A stretch of DNA of 64,000 nucleotides from Macrostomum lignano (taxonomy: Eukaryota). This document shows positions 1-15,000 of this stretch, piece by piece (within the stretch, counting starts at the first letter, position 1; each line of letters begins with the position of its first letter). A program made the translations under genes and the position numbers. A model generated the notes under the pieces. The model did not search any database, was not told where the DNA came from, and saw only the letters and a program-made list of their open reading frames with translations. The stretch covers positions 113,095-177,094 of the forward strand of contig NIVC01000745.1 in assembly GCA_002269645.1 (NCBI GenBank), written 5' to 3'.

Positions 1-40
1 GCCCCGGCAACTTTTTGCTTGTGCACTGAAGCTGCTCCCA
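1..40 (+). CDS. DDR: Candidate 3' end of the DDR signal-peptide exon (APATFCLCTEAAP), truncated by the window
   Basis: Canonical donor A|GTGAGT at 41. Phase 1 in frame 1 matches the phase-1 acceptor at 4769. The peptide resembles a signal-peptide C-region. Confidence 0.45.
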
Positions 41-3000
41 GTGAGTTCTGCTGCGAGGCCTTCACGGATCCTCACGCAGGCCCGAGCGGGTCTCCGCCCC
101 GCAAATCCTAATTGCTGTGCTCACCTGAGCCCCAGACCCCAGATTTCCCTTGGTGGCCCGGCTGTCGCCGCGGGTCACGGCAGCTTTGTCACAGCAGGCT
201 CAGCAAACACACCGACCGCTTTCTCCGACTCTCACCGACTCGCAGGTGATTGACAGGCGGGCATTCGCATGGGGCCGCGACTGCGCCTTCTGCATCTGGC
301 TGGGGGGAGTCTGGCCCTTCAATGGAATCTCCTGATCATCTCCATGCATCTCAGCAGCAGCATAAGCCAGCCTCAAGTGGATTTTCCTTGCATTTCCCAA
401 ATATTTACTTTATGGGGCTCCGTGGTCCTCCGATCCCTATCATGGCGGATCATTGTTCAGCCCCTGCCCTCCTGCACATGTCGAATCAGCATTGAAGAGA
501 TAGAAGCACTTAATAATCTAAACAGGAATTTCAAACTGGCCTGTCGTGATGGCCGCGGACACGGCAGGCCAATCGCAGACAGAGAAGCACAAAGCAGGGT
601 TTCGCAAACGGAAAGCAGAGACTGTTGAAACCAGATCCGATGTTCTGCTTCCCTCAATTAGGGGGCTTTGAAGTCGATTGACTGGGCATTCATTATGCAG
701 CTCGGATAGTTCACAAGTGCCTGGAATGACAGGAAAATACTGAATTTATGTGTAGTTGATTGCTATGAACTAAGGCCGAACTTTACCTGTGAATTGTAAA
801 ATCAGGTAAACACAACAGCTACGGTGTCAGTCTGCCAAGCCTATAATTTACTGGACAGCATGCGAGTAAACATGCAGGAGGGGTCTTGAGAATTTTATTG
901 CTTTATAAATGAACTGCCTCAGCAGATACAGACAGCTTTGACTGACGCGCCACCCACACTGGTAAGGAGACGCGTATAGAAGGTGACGCTTTCAAATGCA
1001 GTTTGGACACTGAGTTGCTGTTTGCACAGCAGTTCATATCGATCGAGAGTGAGCTTCCCCAGCCCGAGCCTGCCTGATTGGCAGTCTGCAATCTGCTGCG
1101 CTCCAGGCGTTGAAAATGCTTCAACTTTCGCACCCTAGCAAAGTTCCCAAACCATGGGCCATTGTCTGGGAGCCCCCCCCCAACCACTGCATTCAGTGAA
1201 GAAAAATATGAAAAACACATTTGAGATTTGAAATCCGCCTCAATGCCAAATTCTTAGCCAAACCTGCGCTCTGCGACATGAGTCATTGAGTGAGAATTGA
1301 GAACATTCTGGCCTGTTTGCTCAGCAGCAGATAAAAGCAAATCGGTTTTTAAAAAACGAAAACCCAGCCAAAGCAGGAAGGATGAGAAATGACTCAGTCT
1401 TGTCTCTGTGCTCAGCTTGAGCTTGGCCTGCGTTTTTAATCTAGTCGGAGATTCTGCTCCAGCTGAGTCAAATTTCAACGCCCGCTAATGAAATCGGTTA
1501 CCTGATGTCTCACACGTGAAAAGGCTGACATAGGGATGGCCTGAACACAGGCGGGGTCCCTACCTCACAGAATTATCACTGGACAGGTCAAGAGACAACT
1601 GACAGGTGACGACAGACGTCCGCAGTGACTCAGCCGAGCCAAATATTCCCCAGCTAGCGGTTGAGCTGAAAAGTGCCTCTCTTCAAAAAATACTGCAGGA
1701 TCTCATATCCCCCAGCTGCCGCAGCTCAGCCTCATCAGCCATTGTTGTTGCTGAGAAGGGCCATTGTGATGCCTCCCAGCTCCTCTCTCCCCTGTTCCTG
1801 CCTTGATCCCTAATATCCCCCAGCACAGGCTGGGGAGAACTGTGCTCAGCCAGATCCCAGGGGAGGAGCGGAGCCGCGGGAGCAGCTGGAGCGGCAGCGG
1901 GCGGGGAGTCGCAGGCGGCTATTATCGCTAATTATTCCCGTGCAGAGCTGCGAGGGTTGGGCGCGGGTTGATGAGGAGCTGAGAGAGGCTGAGCAGCTGA
2001 ATGAGCAGCTGCAGCGAGGGCCTGGGCGAGGCTCACCGTCCGTTTGAAGGCAGCCCCCCCCCAGCCCCTGTTGTTCACTTCTCCTGTGTTCTGAGCTCCT
2101 GGCAGCCTCAGCCAGCCTCTTTGGGAAATCCTTGGGGAGTCTGCGACAAACCCGGGCGAGCAATTACACAATTTTTTTCAATTGCTGTGCAGCAGACGCA
2201 GAAATGACAGCAAAATTTTCATTGGCCCGATGCCAGAAACACAGGCCATGCTGTGCCTGTGGGCTGGAGGAATTCCTTGAGCAGCTCAGAGCCCCATTTG
2301 GCCTCATCAGCGGCTCGCGGGCCCCCCAGCTTTGCTGAAGGGCTCTTCAGGGGTGCCGGCTGAGGGCCGCTCTTAACTGCTGCCCCAGCCTGCCTCATTA
2401 ATTATTAATGAGCCGCCTTGCGGGATAGCGCCAACCCCAAAGCCGTCCTGGCATCTCACTGCAGCATCTGAGCCTCATCACTTCGTTCCCTTCTCTTTCT
2501 CCCCTTTGTTGAGGCCAAATTCTTGCAAACTCTCTACTCTAACTCAGCTCTACTATGCCCCAGCCTCTCCGCTCCATCACAGACTCAAACAGAGATCCCA
2601 GCCCTCCAGGCGGGAAGTCCCTCCCACACGGGTGGAGCTGCGGTGACACGGAGCAGCCTCCAAGTCCCAATAGTTTTCCTGCATCATCAAATTCTTTTTG
2701 TAAGCCCCCTCCGCAAAACCCGCCCGTCTGCAGCATTCTTTCCTGACGGAGTTTCTCCGCGTCGCCGACCCCCCCCCCGGAGTGTGAAATTCGCCGAATT
2801 CCCTGCAATTCTCGGCTCCCCGCGGTGCGCCGCCCTTCTGTTTCAAATGCCAAGCATGACCGTCGCCACACCGCCTCTGCATCTGCTGCACCCAGCCCGC
2901 ACTGCCCACCAGTTTCCAGGCAGCTGCGGCTCTTTCTGAGGATTTTTCTCATCCTTCTTTCTTTGAGCAGCCCTTGTGCCGCAAATTGCTTGGGGACTTC

Positions 3001-6000
3001 GGCTGCCCGCTGGGGGGGGGGGCGCCTGCCACGGAATGGCAGCGAAAAAAGAGAGGGGAGGGGAAGATTCTCCCCATTTTTAAATCCTCACTTTTTCTAA
3101 TGCCAAACGAGTACTTTTTTAAGAGCAGCTTCTTTTTTGTTTGCAAAGCCGCCCGTTTGAGCCGCAGCTGCGGAGTTTTGGGCCTCATCGAGAACTCAAA
3201 TTGATCCGATTGATTCCCCTTGCACGTCTATTCCCTAACTAATACGAGCTATCTTACTTCCATCTAGTATATCTCCCATCTCCCCTCTGCTCCCATCTCC
3301 CCTCTACTCCCATCTCCCCTCTGCTCTGCTCCCATCTCCCCTCTACTCCCATCTCCCCTCTGCTCCCATCTCCCCTCTGCTCCCATCTCCCCTCTACTCC
3401 CATCTCCCCTCTGCTCCCATCTCCCCTCTGCTCCCATCTCCCCTCTACTCCCATCTCCCCTCTGCTCCCATCTCCCCTCTGCTCCCATCTCCCCTCTGCT
3501 CCCATCTCCCCTCTGCTCCCATCTCCCCTCTGCTCCCATCTCCCCTCTACTCCCATCTCTCTCTACTCCCATCTCCCCATCTCCCTCTACTCCCATCTTC
3601 CTCTACTCCCATCTCCCCTCTACTCCCATCTCCCTCTACTCCCATCTCCCTCTACTCCCATCTCCCCATCTCCCTCTACTCCAATCTCCCTCTACTCCCA
3701 TCTCCCCTCTACTCCCATCTCCCTCTACTCCTATCTCCCCATCTCCCTCTACTCCCATCTCCCTCTGCTCCCATCTCCCCTCTACTCCCATCTCCCTCTA
3801 CTCCTATCTCCCCATCTCCCTCTACTCCCATCTCCCTCTGCTCCCATCTCCCCTCTACTCCCATCTCCCTCTACTCCTATCTCCCCATCTCCCTCTACTC
3901 CCATCTCCCTCTGCTCCCATCTCCCCTCTACTCCCATCTCCCTCTACTCCTATCTCCCCATCTCCCTCTACTCCCATCTCCCTCTACTCCCAGCTTCCTC
4001 TACTCCCATCTCCCCTCTACTCCCATCTCCCATCTCCCACTACTCCCAGCTTCCTCTACTCCCATCTCCCATCTACTCCCATTTCCCTCTACTCCCATCT
4101 CCCCTCTACTCCCATCTCCCTCTACTCCCATCTCCCATTTCCCTCTACTCCCATCTCCCCTCTACTCCCATCTCCCTCTACTCCCATCTCCCATCTCCCT
4201 CTACTCCCATCTCCCCTCTACTCCCATCTCCCCTCTACTCCCATCTCCCATCTCCCTCTACTCACATCTCCCCTCTACTCCCATCTCCCCTCTACTCCCA
4301 TCTCCCCTCTACTCTCATCTCCCTCTACTCCCATCTCCCCTCTACTCCCATCTCCCCTCTACTCCCATCTCCCTCTACTCCCATCTCCCATCTCCCTCTA
4401 CTCCCATCTCCCCTCTACTCCCATCTCCCCTCTACTCCCATCTCCCATCTCCCTCTACTCACATCTCCCCTCTACTCACATCTCCCCTCTACTCCCATCT
4501 CCCCTCTACTCCCATCTCCCCTCTACTCCCATCTCCCCTCTACTCTCATCTCCCCTCTGCTCCCATCTCCCCTCTACTCCCATCTCCCTCCATTCACATC
4601 TCCCTCTACTCCCATCTCCCCTCTACTCCCATCTCCCCACTACTCCCATCTCCTATCTACTCCCAACCACTCTACTCCAATCTATCCCCTGATCTCATCT
4701 CCTTTCATCTCGACCCCGAGCCGGTCTCTCAAAGCCAGATCCCCGCTCCCGAACCTGGAATCCCGCAGGCAGTACGCTGTTCTCCTGCGGCGGCGGCGAC
4801 ATGCCCATCAGGCTGGTCGGCGAGCTGCCCACCGACAGCTTCAACGCCAGCTCCGTGTACGCGCACTTCAACCCGGAGGGTGTCAAGTGAGCTCTCTGAC
4901 CCGTGTTTTGGTTGAGCATTTTGAGTGCAAGAAATCACTGCGAATCTTCTGAAATTCCTACCTTCCAGGGTGACCAAAACCCAGAGCGAGATGGGCTGGT
5001 GCCCCGGTCACCAGCTGAAGCAGAACCGGCTGGACGAGTGGATCTCCGTGCGCTTCTCGGCAGTTAAAATCTTCAACACCCTGCTGACTCAGCCAAGGCT
5101 GCACCGGTCCATTGAGCTGGTGAGTTCTCGGGAGCTGAGGTGACTTCAAGACTGAACTCAGTCTGGTCTCAGTCTATTCTCGGCGTTTAGTCTCAGTCTA
5201 TTCTCGATCTATTCTCAGTCTATTCTCGATCTATTCTCAATCTGTTCTCAGTCTATTCTCAGTCTATTCTCAATCTATTCTCGATCTATTCTCAGTCTAT
5301 TCTCAGTCTATTCTCAGTCTATTTTCAGTCTATTTTCAGTCTATTCTCAGTCTATTCTCAGTCTATTCTCAGTCTATTCTCAGTCTATTCTCAGTCTATT
5401 CTCAATCTATTCTCAGTCTATTCTCAGTCTATTCTCAGTCTATTCTCAGTCTATTCTCAGTCTATTCTCAATCTATTCTCAGTCTATTCTCAGTCTGTTT
5501 TCATTCTATTCTCAGTCTATCCTCAATCTATTCTCAATCTATTCTCAGTTTGTTTTAATCTATTCCCAAAGCCATTTTCCTATTGTGCACGCATATCAAG
5601 CAACTTCCCCAACCCAGCTTACAAATCCCCGTTTCCGTCTCCCCCTGCTTGCCTCCGCAGTGCAAGAGTTGGGCAAGAACAGATTACCCAAATCTCTCTC
5701 GAATATTAGTGACTCAAATTGAGGCCATCAGAATCGAGTTAGGGCAGCCAAGAAGCGGCTGATTCGTGTGGCTCATTCAGAAACAGCCGACTCGGCAGCA
5801 GATTAACCGACTGCCGCCCGTGTGTTTGCGCTGGCCTGAGCTGCCTGACCTTTGGCCCCCTCCCCCCGGCTGGGATAAAAACTTCAGCTGGGCACCGCCA
5901 GGCCGCAGCCCCCCCCCCAACCCGAATTCCCACGAGGGATTTTTTGTTGGCAAAGCTGCGTTGCGTTGGGGGACCCGTCAAACAGCGGGCCAAATCGCCT

Positions 6001-9000
6001 GCATCCCCGAGTGGCTGCAGGTCATGTTTGCAGGTAGAAGTGGCTGCCCACCCAGCTGCAGTGACAGCTTCGGGCACTTAATTTGCTATTCCCCGAGAAT
6101 CCTCTATCTGATGCAGTTGCTGGGCGGCCTGACGGAGCTGGGCTTGTCAAGCACAAAGACTGTAGAATAAGGCTTGGCCTTTGCAAGCTCTTCTTTTTAC
6201 TCAGCAGCAGCAGCAGCAGCTGTTCTCTCCCATGTCCAGCTTCTATGCCGCATCTTCGGCCTTTTAGGCTCCATAGTTTCCTTTTTGACCAATTTGCTTG
6301 CGTCATACTGGCTGAGGCGGCAGCTGTCACCCCGGAGCTTTCATTGCTGATTAGGGCTGTGAAAGAGAGACTAAATAGAGACTATGTAGGGTTGCCGGGC
6401 GGTAACTGGGCTAAAAATTAATAGTGTCTGCTTCTTCAGGGCCTCCACAAGCTCGTATATTAGTAGAAGAAGAAAGCAGATCAGAGAACATGCCTTGTGA
6501 CAGATGGAGCTCGAGAGGGGGAGATGGAGAGATAGGAGATGCATTATAGCCAAAATAGTGGTTTTGAGAAATTGGCAAATGAAATAGATATTTTGATAAA
6601 ATTATAAATAGATAGCTTATAGATTGAAAGGGAAAATGAGGGAAAGTAATATGACAGAGATTAAACGTTAAACGGAGACTGGCAGAGAGGGTGAGAGACT
6701 GGCAGAGAGGGTGAGAGACTGGCAGAGAGGGTGAGAGACCGGCAGAGAGGGTGAGAGACTGGCAGAGAGGTTCGAGAGACTGGCAGAGAGGTTGAGAGAG
6801 ACTGGCAGAGAGGTTGAGAGACTGGCAGAGAGGTTGAGAGACTGGCAGAGAGGTTGAGAGAGACTGGCAGAGAGGTTGAGAGACTGGCTGAGAGGTTGAG
6901 AGACTGGCTGAGAGGGTGAGAGACTGGCAGAGAGGGTGAGAGACTGGCAGAGAGGGTGAGAGACCGGCAGAGAGGGTGAGAGACCGGCAGAGAGGGTGAG
7001 AGACTGGCAGAGAGGTTCGAGAGACTGGCAGAGAGGTTGAGAGAGACTGGCAGAGAGGTTGAGAGACTGGCAGAGAGGTTGAGAGACTGGCAGAGAGGTA
7101 GAGAGACTGGCTGAGAGGTTGAGAGACTGGCAGAGAGGGTGAGAGACTGGCAGAGAGGGTGAGAGACTGGCAGAGAGGGTGAGAGACCGGCAGAGAGGGT
7201 GAGAGACTGGCAGAGAGGTTCGAGAGACTGGCAGAGAGGTTGAGAGAGACTGGCAGAGAGGTTGAGAGACTGGCAGAGAGGTTGAGAGACTGGCAGAGAG
7301 GTAGAGAGACTGGCTGAGAGGTTGAGAGACTGGCTGAGAGGGTGAGAGACTGGCAGAGAGGGTGAGAGACTGGCAGAGAGGTTGAGAGAGACTGGCAGAG
7401 AGGTTGAGAGACTGGCAGAGAGGTTGAGAGACTGGCAGAGAGGTAGAGAGACTGGCTGAGAGGTTGAGAGACTGGCTGAGAGGGTGAGAGACTGGCAGAG
7501 AGGGTGAGAGACTGGCAGAGAGGTTGAGAGACTGGCAGAGAGGGTGAGAGACTGGCAGAGAGGGTGAGAGACTGGCAGAGAGGGTGAGAGACTGGCAGAG
7601 AGGTTGTGAGAGACTGGCAGAGAGGGTGAGAGACTGGCAGAGATGAAGAGATGAGGGGGCAGTTGATGGCGGGGTGGTGCCGGCGCCAGGCGGTCCAGCG
7701 CCTCCCAGCGTGGCTGACATTTGGACGCAGCCCCATCGCAGTTATTAATAAAAAACTGATGATACCGCGATATGGCCAAGGCAGCCCAGCCTCGCAGCCA
7801 AGCAAGCGGTGGCTTCTATACGCAATTTTATAATGCGGATGTAAAAATTTTTTTATTAAGTTGCGTTGTTAAATTTTTGAGACTCACGGATGGATCGGTC
7901 AGATGGGATCAGAAGCTGCTGAGCAGAGACGGGCCACGTGTCTCCATGACGGCGCAGGGCTTGCCTGTGGGAGTCCTGGTTGAGATTCATCACTGATAAC
8001 AGGTCTTCTGTAGCATTGCTCAATAAAATATTCACGTGCCATTTCGACAGGTGAATCGGTGGAATAAATTTTTTGGGCTTGATTGAGTGCTTCTGTGCAG
8101 TTCAGGGACTCCCAGGACCCTGGACTGGAAGCGAGGTCGGGAAAGCCCAACCCTTACTGCAGGGGTCGGAAACTTTTTTACCTCAAGGGCCAGATCAGAA
8201 TCTAGCTTCTAGAACATCGCTGCGGGCCAGATGAGAGAGGAAGAGGGAATAGAGTAGAGAGAATAGGAAAGAGGAGAGGAGAGATGAGAGTAGAGATGAG
8301 AGGTGGGAGGCGAGATGAGAGATGCGATGCGAGAATATAAGGGAAGAGGAGAGAGGAGAGGAGAGAGGGGAGACAAGAGGGGAGAGAGGAGAGACCTGAG
8401 AAGGGAGCTGAGAAGACACAAACCTTGAGTGGGTCGGATTGCTATTATGAAGTTTCAAAGGACCCGAGGGCGGCTGGCGGGTCGGAGTTTGCCTACCCAG
8501 TCTTACTGCAATATCTTACCAGTTTATTAGACATTTCCAGGCATTCAAGTATTTAAAAAAATAAGAAAGACTTTCAAATCTATTGATAAACGTCCCCGAT
8601 CGCTGACAAAAAAAACTCAAGCCCAGCTCCCGTTGTCTGCATAAATTCCAAAAATAGATCAATGAAAAAAAAACTGTGAAGTTGTATAGTGGACTAGCGG
8701 ATCGCCCCCCCCCCCCCCGCGGGTGCTGGGTTCCGCAATCGCCGGCAAAAAGCAAATTGGGTCGGAGGCGATGCCAGGTGTTGGGGCGCCAGCTGTGAAT
8801 TCGCACCTTGGCCAAAGAAAAAAACATTCCCCCGATCTGGAACAAAGATTCAGTAGGCGGTCTTTGTCTTAGGCTGGATCTAAGAATCTTTATCGCGAGC
8901 TTCGGAATGTGAGAAACAACAGTGTTGACATCCAACGTGGGAAACTGATGACCGTTGTTGCAAAATTTAGCGTCAACAAAAGATGGAAATCAAAGACTAT

Positions 9001-12000
9001 ACCATATATTTTTACGAGCGTTTAAAATTACCATATAAATAAAATCAAATTACCTCCGCAATCTTCAGGGCGAGTTCACCAAGAAGTTGGTCATTCAGTA
9101 CAAGCGGTCCGAGTCCGAGCCTTACAAAAACTACAGCCTAATCACCTTACAGGACGGCAGGTGGCGCTCGAACTTGGTGAGCTTTATTAGCACTAATGAC
9201 ACTCTGCAGTACCTCTACTGACACTCCGGTACCTCCACTGACACTCTGTAGTACTTCTACTGACACTCCAGTACCTCTTCTGACACTCCAGTACCTCTAC
9301 TGACACTCCAGTACCTCCACTGACACTCTGTAGTACTTCTACTGACACTCCAGTACCTCTTCTGACACTCCAGTACCTCTACTGACACTCCAGTACCTCC
9401 ACTGACACTCTGTAGTACTTCTACTGACACTCCAGTACCTCAAATGACACTCTGCAGTACCTCTACTGACACTCCAGTACCTCTACTGACACTCCAGTAC
9501 CTCTACTGACACTCCAGTACTTCTACTGACACTCCAGTACCTCTTCTGACACTCCGGTACCTCCACTGACACTCCAGTACTTCTACTGACACTCCAGTAC
9601 TTCTACTGACACTCCAGTACCTCTACTGACACTCCAGTACTTCTACTGACACTCCAGTACCTCTTCTGACACTCCGGTACCTCCACTGACACTCCAGTAC
9701 TTCTACTGACACTCCAGTACTTCTACTGACACTCCAGTACCTCTACTGACACTCCAGTACCTCTACTGACACTCCAGTACCTCAAATGACACTCTGCAGT
9801 ACCTCTACTGACACTCCAGTACCTCTACTGACACTCCAGTACCTCTACTGACACTCCTGTACCTCTACTGACACTCTGCAGTACCTCTACTGACACTCCA
9901 GTACTTCTACTGACACTCCAGTACCTCTACTGACACTCCAGTACCTCAAATGACACTCTGCAGTACCTCTACTGACACTCCAGTACCTCTACTGACACTC
10001 CAGTACCTCAAATGACACTCTGCAGTACCTCTACTGACACTCCAGTACCTCTACTGACACTCCAGTACCTCTACTGACACTCCAGTACTTCTACTGACAC
10101 TCCAGTACCTCTTCTGACACTCCGGTACCTCCACTGACACTCCAGTACTTCTACTGACACTCCAGTACTTCTACTGACACTCCAGTACCTCTTCTGACAC
10201 TCCGGTACCTCCACTGACACTCCAGTACCTCTACTGACACTCCAGTACTTCTACTGACACTCCAGTACCTCTACTGACACTCCAGTACCTCAAATGACAC
10301 TCTGCAGTACCTCTACTGACACTCCAGTACCTCTACTGACACTCCAGTACCTCTACTGACACTCCAGTACCTCTACTGACACTCCAGTACCTCTACTGAC
10401 ACTCCAGTACCTCTACTGACACTCCAGTACCTCTACTGACACTCCAGTACCTCAAATGACACTCTGCAGTACCTCTACTGACACTCCAGTACCTCTACTG
10501 ACACTCCAGTACCTCTACTGACACTCCAGTACCTCTACTGACACTCCAGTACCTCAAATGACACTCTGCAGTACCTCTACTGACACTCCAGTACCTCAAA
10601 TGACACTCTGCAGTACCCCTACTGACACTCCAGTACTTCTACTGACACTCCAGTACCTCTACTGACACTCCAGTACCTCAAATGACACTCTGCAGTACCT
10701 CTACTGACACTCCAGTACCTCTACTGACACTCCAGTACCTCTACTGACACTCCAGTACCTCTACTGACGCTCCAGTACCTCAAATGACACTCTGCAGTAC
10801 CTCTACTGACACTCCAGTACCTCTACTGACACTCCAGTACCTCTACTGACACTCCTGTACCTCTACTGACACTCTGCAGTACCTCTACTGACACTCCAGT
10901 ACTTCTACTGACACTCCAGTACCTCTACTGACACTCCAGTACCTCAAATGACACTCTGCAGTACCTCTACTGACACTCCAGTACCTCTACTGACACTCCA
11001 GTACCTCTACTGACACTCCAGTACCTCAAATGACACTCTGCAGTACCTCTACTGACACTCCAGTACCTCTACTGACACTCCAGTACCTCTACTGACACTC
11101 CAGTACTTCTACTGACACTCCAGTACCTCTTCTGACACTCCGGTACCTCCACTGACACTCCAGTACTTCTACTGACACTCCAGTACTTCTACTGACACTC
11201 CAGTACCTCTTCTGACACTCCAGTACTTCTACTGACACTCCAGTACCTCTTCTGACACTCCGGTACCTCCACTGACACTCCAGTACCTCTACTGACACTC
11301 CAGTACTTCTACTGACACTCCAGTACCTCTACTGACACTCCAGTACCTCTACTGACACTCCTGTACCTCTACTGACACTCTGCAGTACCTCTACTGACAC
11401 TCCAGTACTTCTACTGACACTCCAGTACCTCTACTGACACTCCAGTACCTCAAATGACACTCTGCAGTACCTCTACTGACACTCCAGTACCTCTACTGAC
11501 ACTCCAGTACCTCTACTGACACTCCAGTACCTCTACTGACACTCCAGTACCTCAAATGACACTCTGCAGTACCTCTACTGACACTCCAGTACCTCTACTG
11601 ACACTCCAGTACCTCTACTGACACTCCTGTACCTCTACTGACACTCTGCAGTACCTCTACTGACACTCCAGTACTTCTACTGACACTCCAGTACCTCTAC
11701 TGACACTCCAGTACCTCAAATGACACTCTGCAGTACCTCTACTGACACTCCAGTACCTCTACTGACACTCCAGTACCTCTACTGACACTCCAGTACCTCA
11801 AATGACACTCTGCAGTACCTCTACTGACACTCCAGTACCTCTACTGACACTCCAGTACCTCTACTGACACTCCAGTACTTCTACTGACACTCCAGTACCT
11901 CTTCTGACACTCCGGTACCTCCACTGACACTCCAGTACTTCTACTGACACTCCAGTACTTCTACTGACACTCCAGTACCTCTTCTGACACTCCAGTACTT

Positions 12001-15000
12001 CTACTGACACTCCAGTACCTCTTCTGACACTCCGGTACCTCCACTGACACTCCTGTACCTCTACTGACACTCCAGTACTTCTACTGACACTCCAGTACCT
12101 CTACTGACACTCCAGTACCTCTACTGACACTCCAGTACCTCTACTGACACTCCAGTACTTCTACTGACACTCCAGTACCTCTTCTGACACTCCGGTACCT
12201 CCACTGACACTCCAGTACTTCTACTGACACTCCAGTACTTCTACTGACACTCCAGTACCTCTTCTGACACTCCGGTACCTCCACTGACACTCCAGTACCT
12301 CTACTGACACTCCAGTACCTCTACTGACACTCCAGTACCTCAAATGACACTCTGCAGTACCTCTACTGACACTCCAGTACTTCTACTGACACTCCAGTAC
12401 CTCTACTGACACTCCAGTACCTCTACTGACACTCCAGTACCTCAAATGACACTCTGCAGTACCTCTACTGACACTCCAGTACCTCTACTGACACTCCAGT
12501 ACCTCTACTGACACTCCAGTACCTCTACTGACACTCCAGTACCTCTACTGACACTCCAGTACCTCTACTGACACTCCAGTACCTCTACTGACACTCCAGT
12601 ACCTCAAATGACACTCTGCAGTACCTCTACTGACACTCCAGTACCTCAAATGACACTCTGCAGTACCTCTACTGACACTCCAGTACCTCTACTGACACTC
12701 CAGTACCTCTACTGACACTCCAGTACCTCAAATGACACTCTGCAGTACCTCTGCTGACACTCCAGTACCTCTACTGACACTCCAGTACCTCTGTTGACAC
12801 TCCGGTACCTACTGACACCTCTGTACCTACTCTGTCAGCACAGCCCTCAACACAAACACAGCAAATCTTGGCTCAAAAAACACGTCAAGAATAGTAGTAA
12901 ATGAAAAAATAGAGAATAATACTCCAGGTGTAAGCACAGCAGGGGGGACAGGAAAGTCTGAAGAGGAGATGCAGATCCATATCTAAGCCAGAGTTCGCCT
13001 TCTTTCTTCTGTTTACCCCCTCTCGGAAGGAGCAATAAATAATGCCAGGACTCACCCGGATCCATTGGCTGAGCTAAAAAAGCAATTGTTTGACAGCCTT
13101 CCCCTGGGGTCTTGCTGCTTGGCGTTCCCCCCCGTCCACTTCTCTCCCTTCTCAGTCTGGTCATTGTGACGTAACCGCAGCTTTTTTCCGCGTCCGAAAT
13201 CTCCCGAGGAAGAGAGAGAGAAGAGAGAGAGGAAGAGGTGCCCGAAGTGGGACAATTTTCCCAGGTCCACGGGTTTCGCATGCGCCTCCTGTCCCACCGC
13301 TCGCCTGAGCTCCGAGTCCGCCCTGACGGACTGTCTCCTCGCCTGTCCTCGCCTGTCCTTCTTATCAGCAACCGGCGGGCCCGGAACCCCAGAGGAAGTT
13401 GCTCCCCCATTTCCTACCCGCTTCCCCCAACCCTGGGATCATAAAACCTGGGCTCAGGGGGCTGGCTGTAACTTGGGAAAAATAGCCAGTTTTTAAAGCC
13501 AGCCCCCTCTCATACACGCTGGAATTGTCGTAAAATTGCTTCTGTGCGGCCCTGAAATGATTATGAAGCACCGCCCCCCCCTCAACTCCCTGCCAATAGT
13601 CTGGGCTGTTTTATTGACGAAAACTGGGAACAAGTATTGGCACAGCTGAACTAAATACGGTACAGTGCGTGAATTTACTTTGGCTGCAATCTGAGAATTT
13701 GAAACTGAATTTTTTACAACTTCACTTGCTAAAATTTACTTATATTGACTTGTTAGGTCTGTCTTTATTTCTGTCTGTCCGAGAGTCTAGAGAACCCTTC
13801 CTAGAGTCTAGGGATTCTGTCCAAGAGTCTAGAGAACCTGTCCGAGAGTCTAGAGATTTTTTCTCAGATTCTAAGTATTCTGTCCAAAGTCTAGAGAATA
13901 TGTCGGAGATTCTACTCGTAAGATCTTGTCCGAGAGTCTAGAAAACCTGTCCGAGAATTGGAATTCTTTGCAAGATTCTAGGGATTCCGTCCAAGATCCA
14001 TAGATTGTGTCCGAATGTCTAGGATTCTGTCCGAAAGTCTAAGGATTCTGTCCGAAAGTCTAGGGATTCTGTCCGAAAGTCTAGGGATTCTGTCCGAAAG
14101 TCTAGAGATTCTGTCCGAAAGTCTAGGGATTCTGTCCGAAAGTCTAGGGATTTTGTCCGAAAGTCTAGAGATTCTGTCCGAAAGTCTAGGGATTCTGTCC
14201 GAAAGTCTAGGGATTCTGTCCGAGATTATAGAGATCTGTCCGAGAGTGTGAGAACTCGTCCGAGATCTAAGCACCTTCCAAAGAGTCTGGATGTGCAATG
14301 GAGATTCTAGAAACTAATCCAAGTTCTTAGACACTCTCTGCACGATCAAGAAGCATATTTATAAGTCCAAAATAGGCCTTCATATTTCTCTCGATCGCTC
14401 CTCACCCGCAGCTGATCAAGGGCAACGGGGACCTCAAGGACAAGCGCAACTACGTGAGTCTCCGGCCGCCGCTCATCGCCGACCGGGTCCGCGTCTTCCC
14501 GGTGAACCCGGACCCCAACGAGATGAACGTCTGCCTGAAGTTCGAGCTGTTCGGCTGCCCCAGGTATCAGGGCGTGCTGTCCTACTCTGCCCCGGTGGGC
14601 CATGGCGAGTTCTCCGACAAGTTCTACGACGGCAGAATCGGCGCGGACGGCCGCATGACCGGCGGGCTCGGCCAGCTGACGGACTACATCAGCGCCCAGA
14701 CGGTCGACGACGACGCCAACTCGCTGTTCGTCGGCTGGAACGCCAGCCGGTTGACCGCCGGTCGATTCGTCGACCTGGAGTTCGAGTTCGACCAGGTGCG
14801 CCTCTTCAACAAGCTGACCATCGACGTCAGCAACGACTTCCTCGGCCAGAACGCGCGGCTGTTCAGCCTGGTGAACGTCAGCTTCAGCGTGGGCGGCCGC
14901 CACTTCAACAAGTGGCTGTCGACCCGGATGCGGCGGAGCCCGGAGGCGAGCCCGGTGCAGCGGGTGCAGGTGATGCTGCAGAAACACGTCGGCCAGTTTG

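Noticed and set aside
2825-3100. Hydrophobic stretch RIFLILLSLSSPCAANCLG as the DDR signal peptide
   Set aside because: No in-frame ATG and no suitable donor after it; the phase-1 GTGAGT donor at 41 fits better
6411-7805. Long ORFs (350-464 aa) on the - strand, and similar ORFs at 3254, 11089, 13978, 23545, 24942, 28338, 30937, 31850-34178, 34535, 35670, 37546, 55169, 59925
   Set aside because: All are translations of stop-free minisatellite units, open in several frames, and lie in introns or intergenic arrays
9198-12835. CRISPR-like appearance of regularly spaced repeats
   Set aside because: Units are head-to-tail with no unique spacers, there are no cas genes, and the context is a spliced eukaryotic gene
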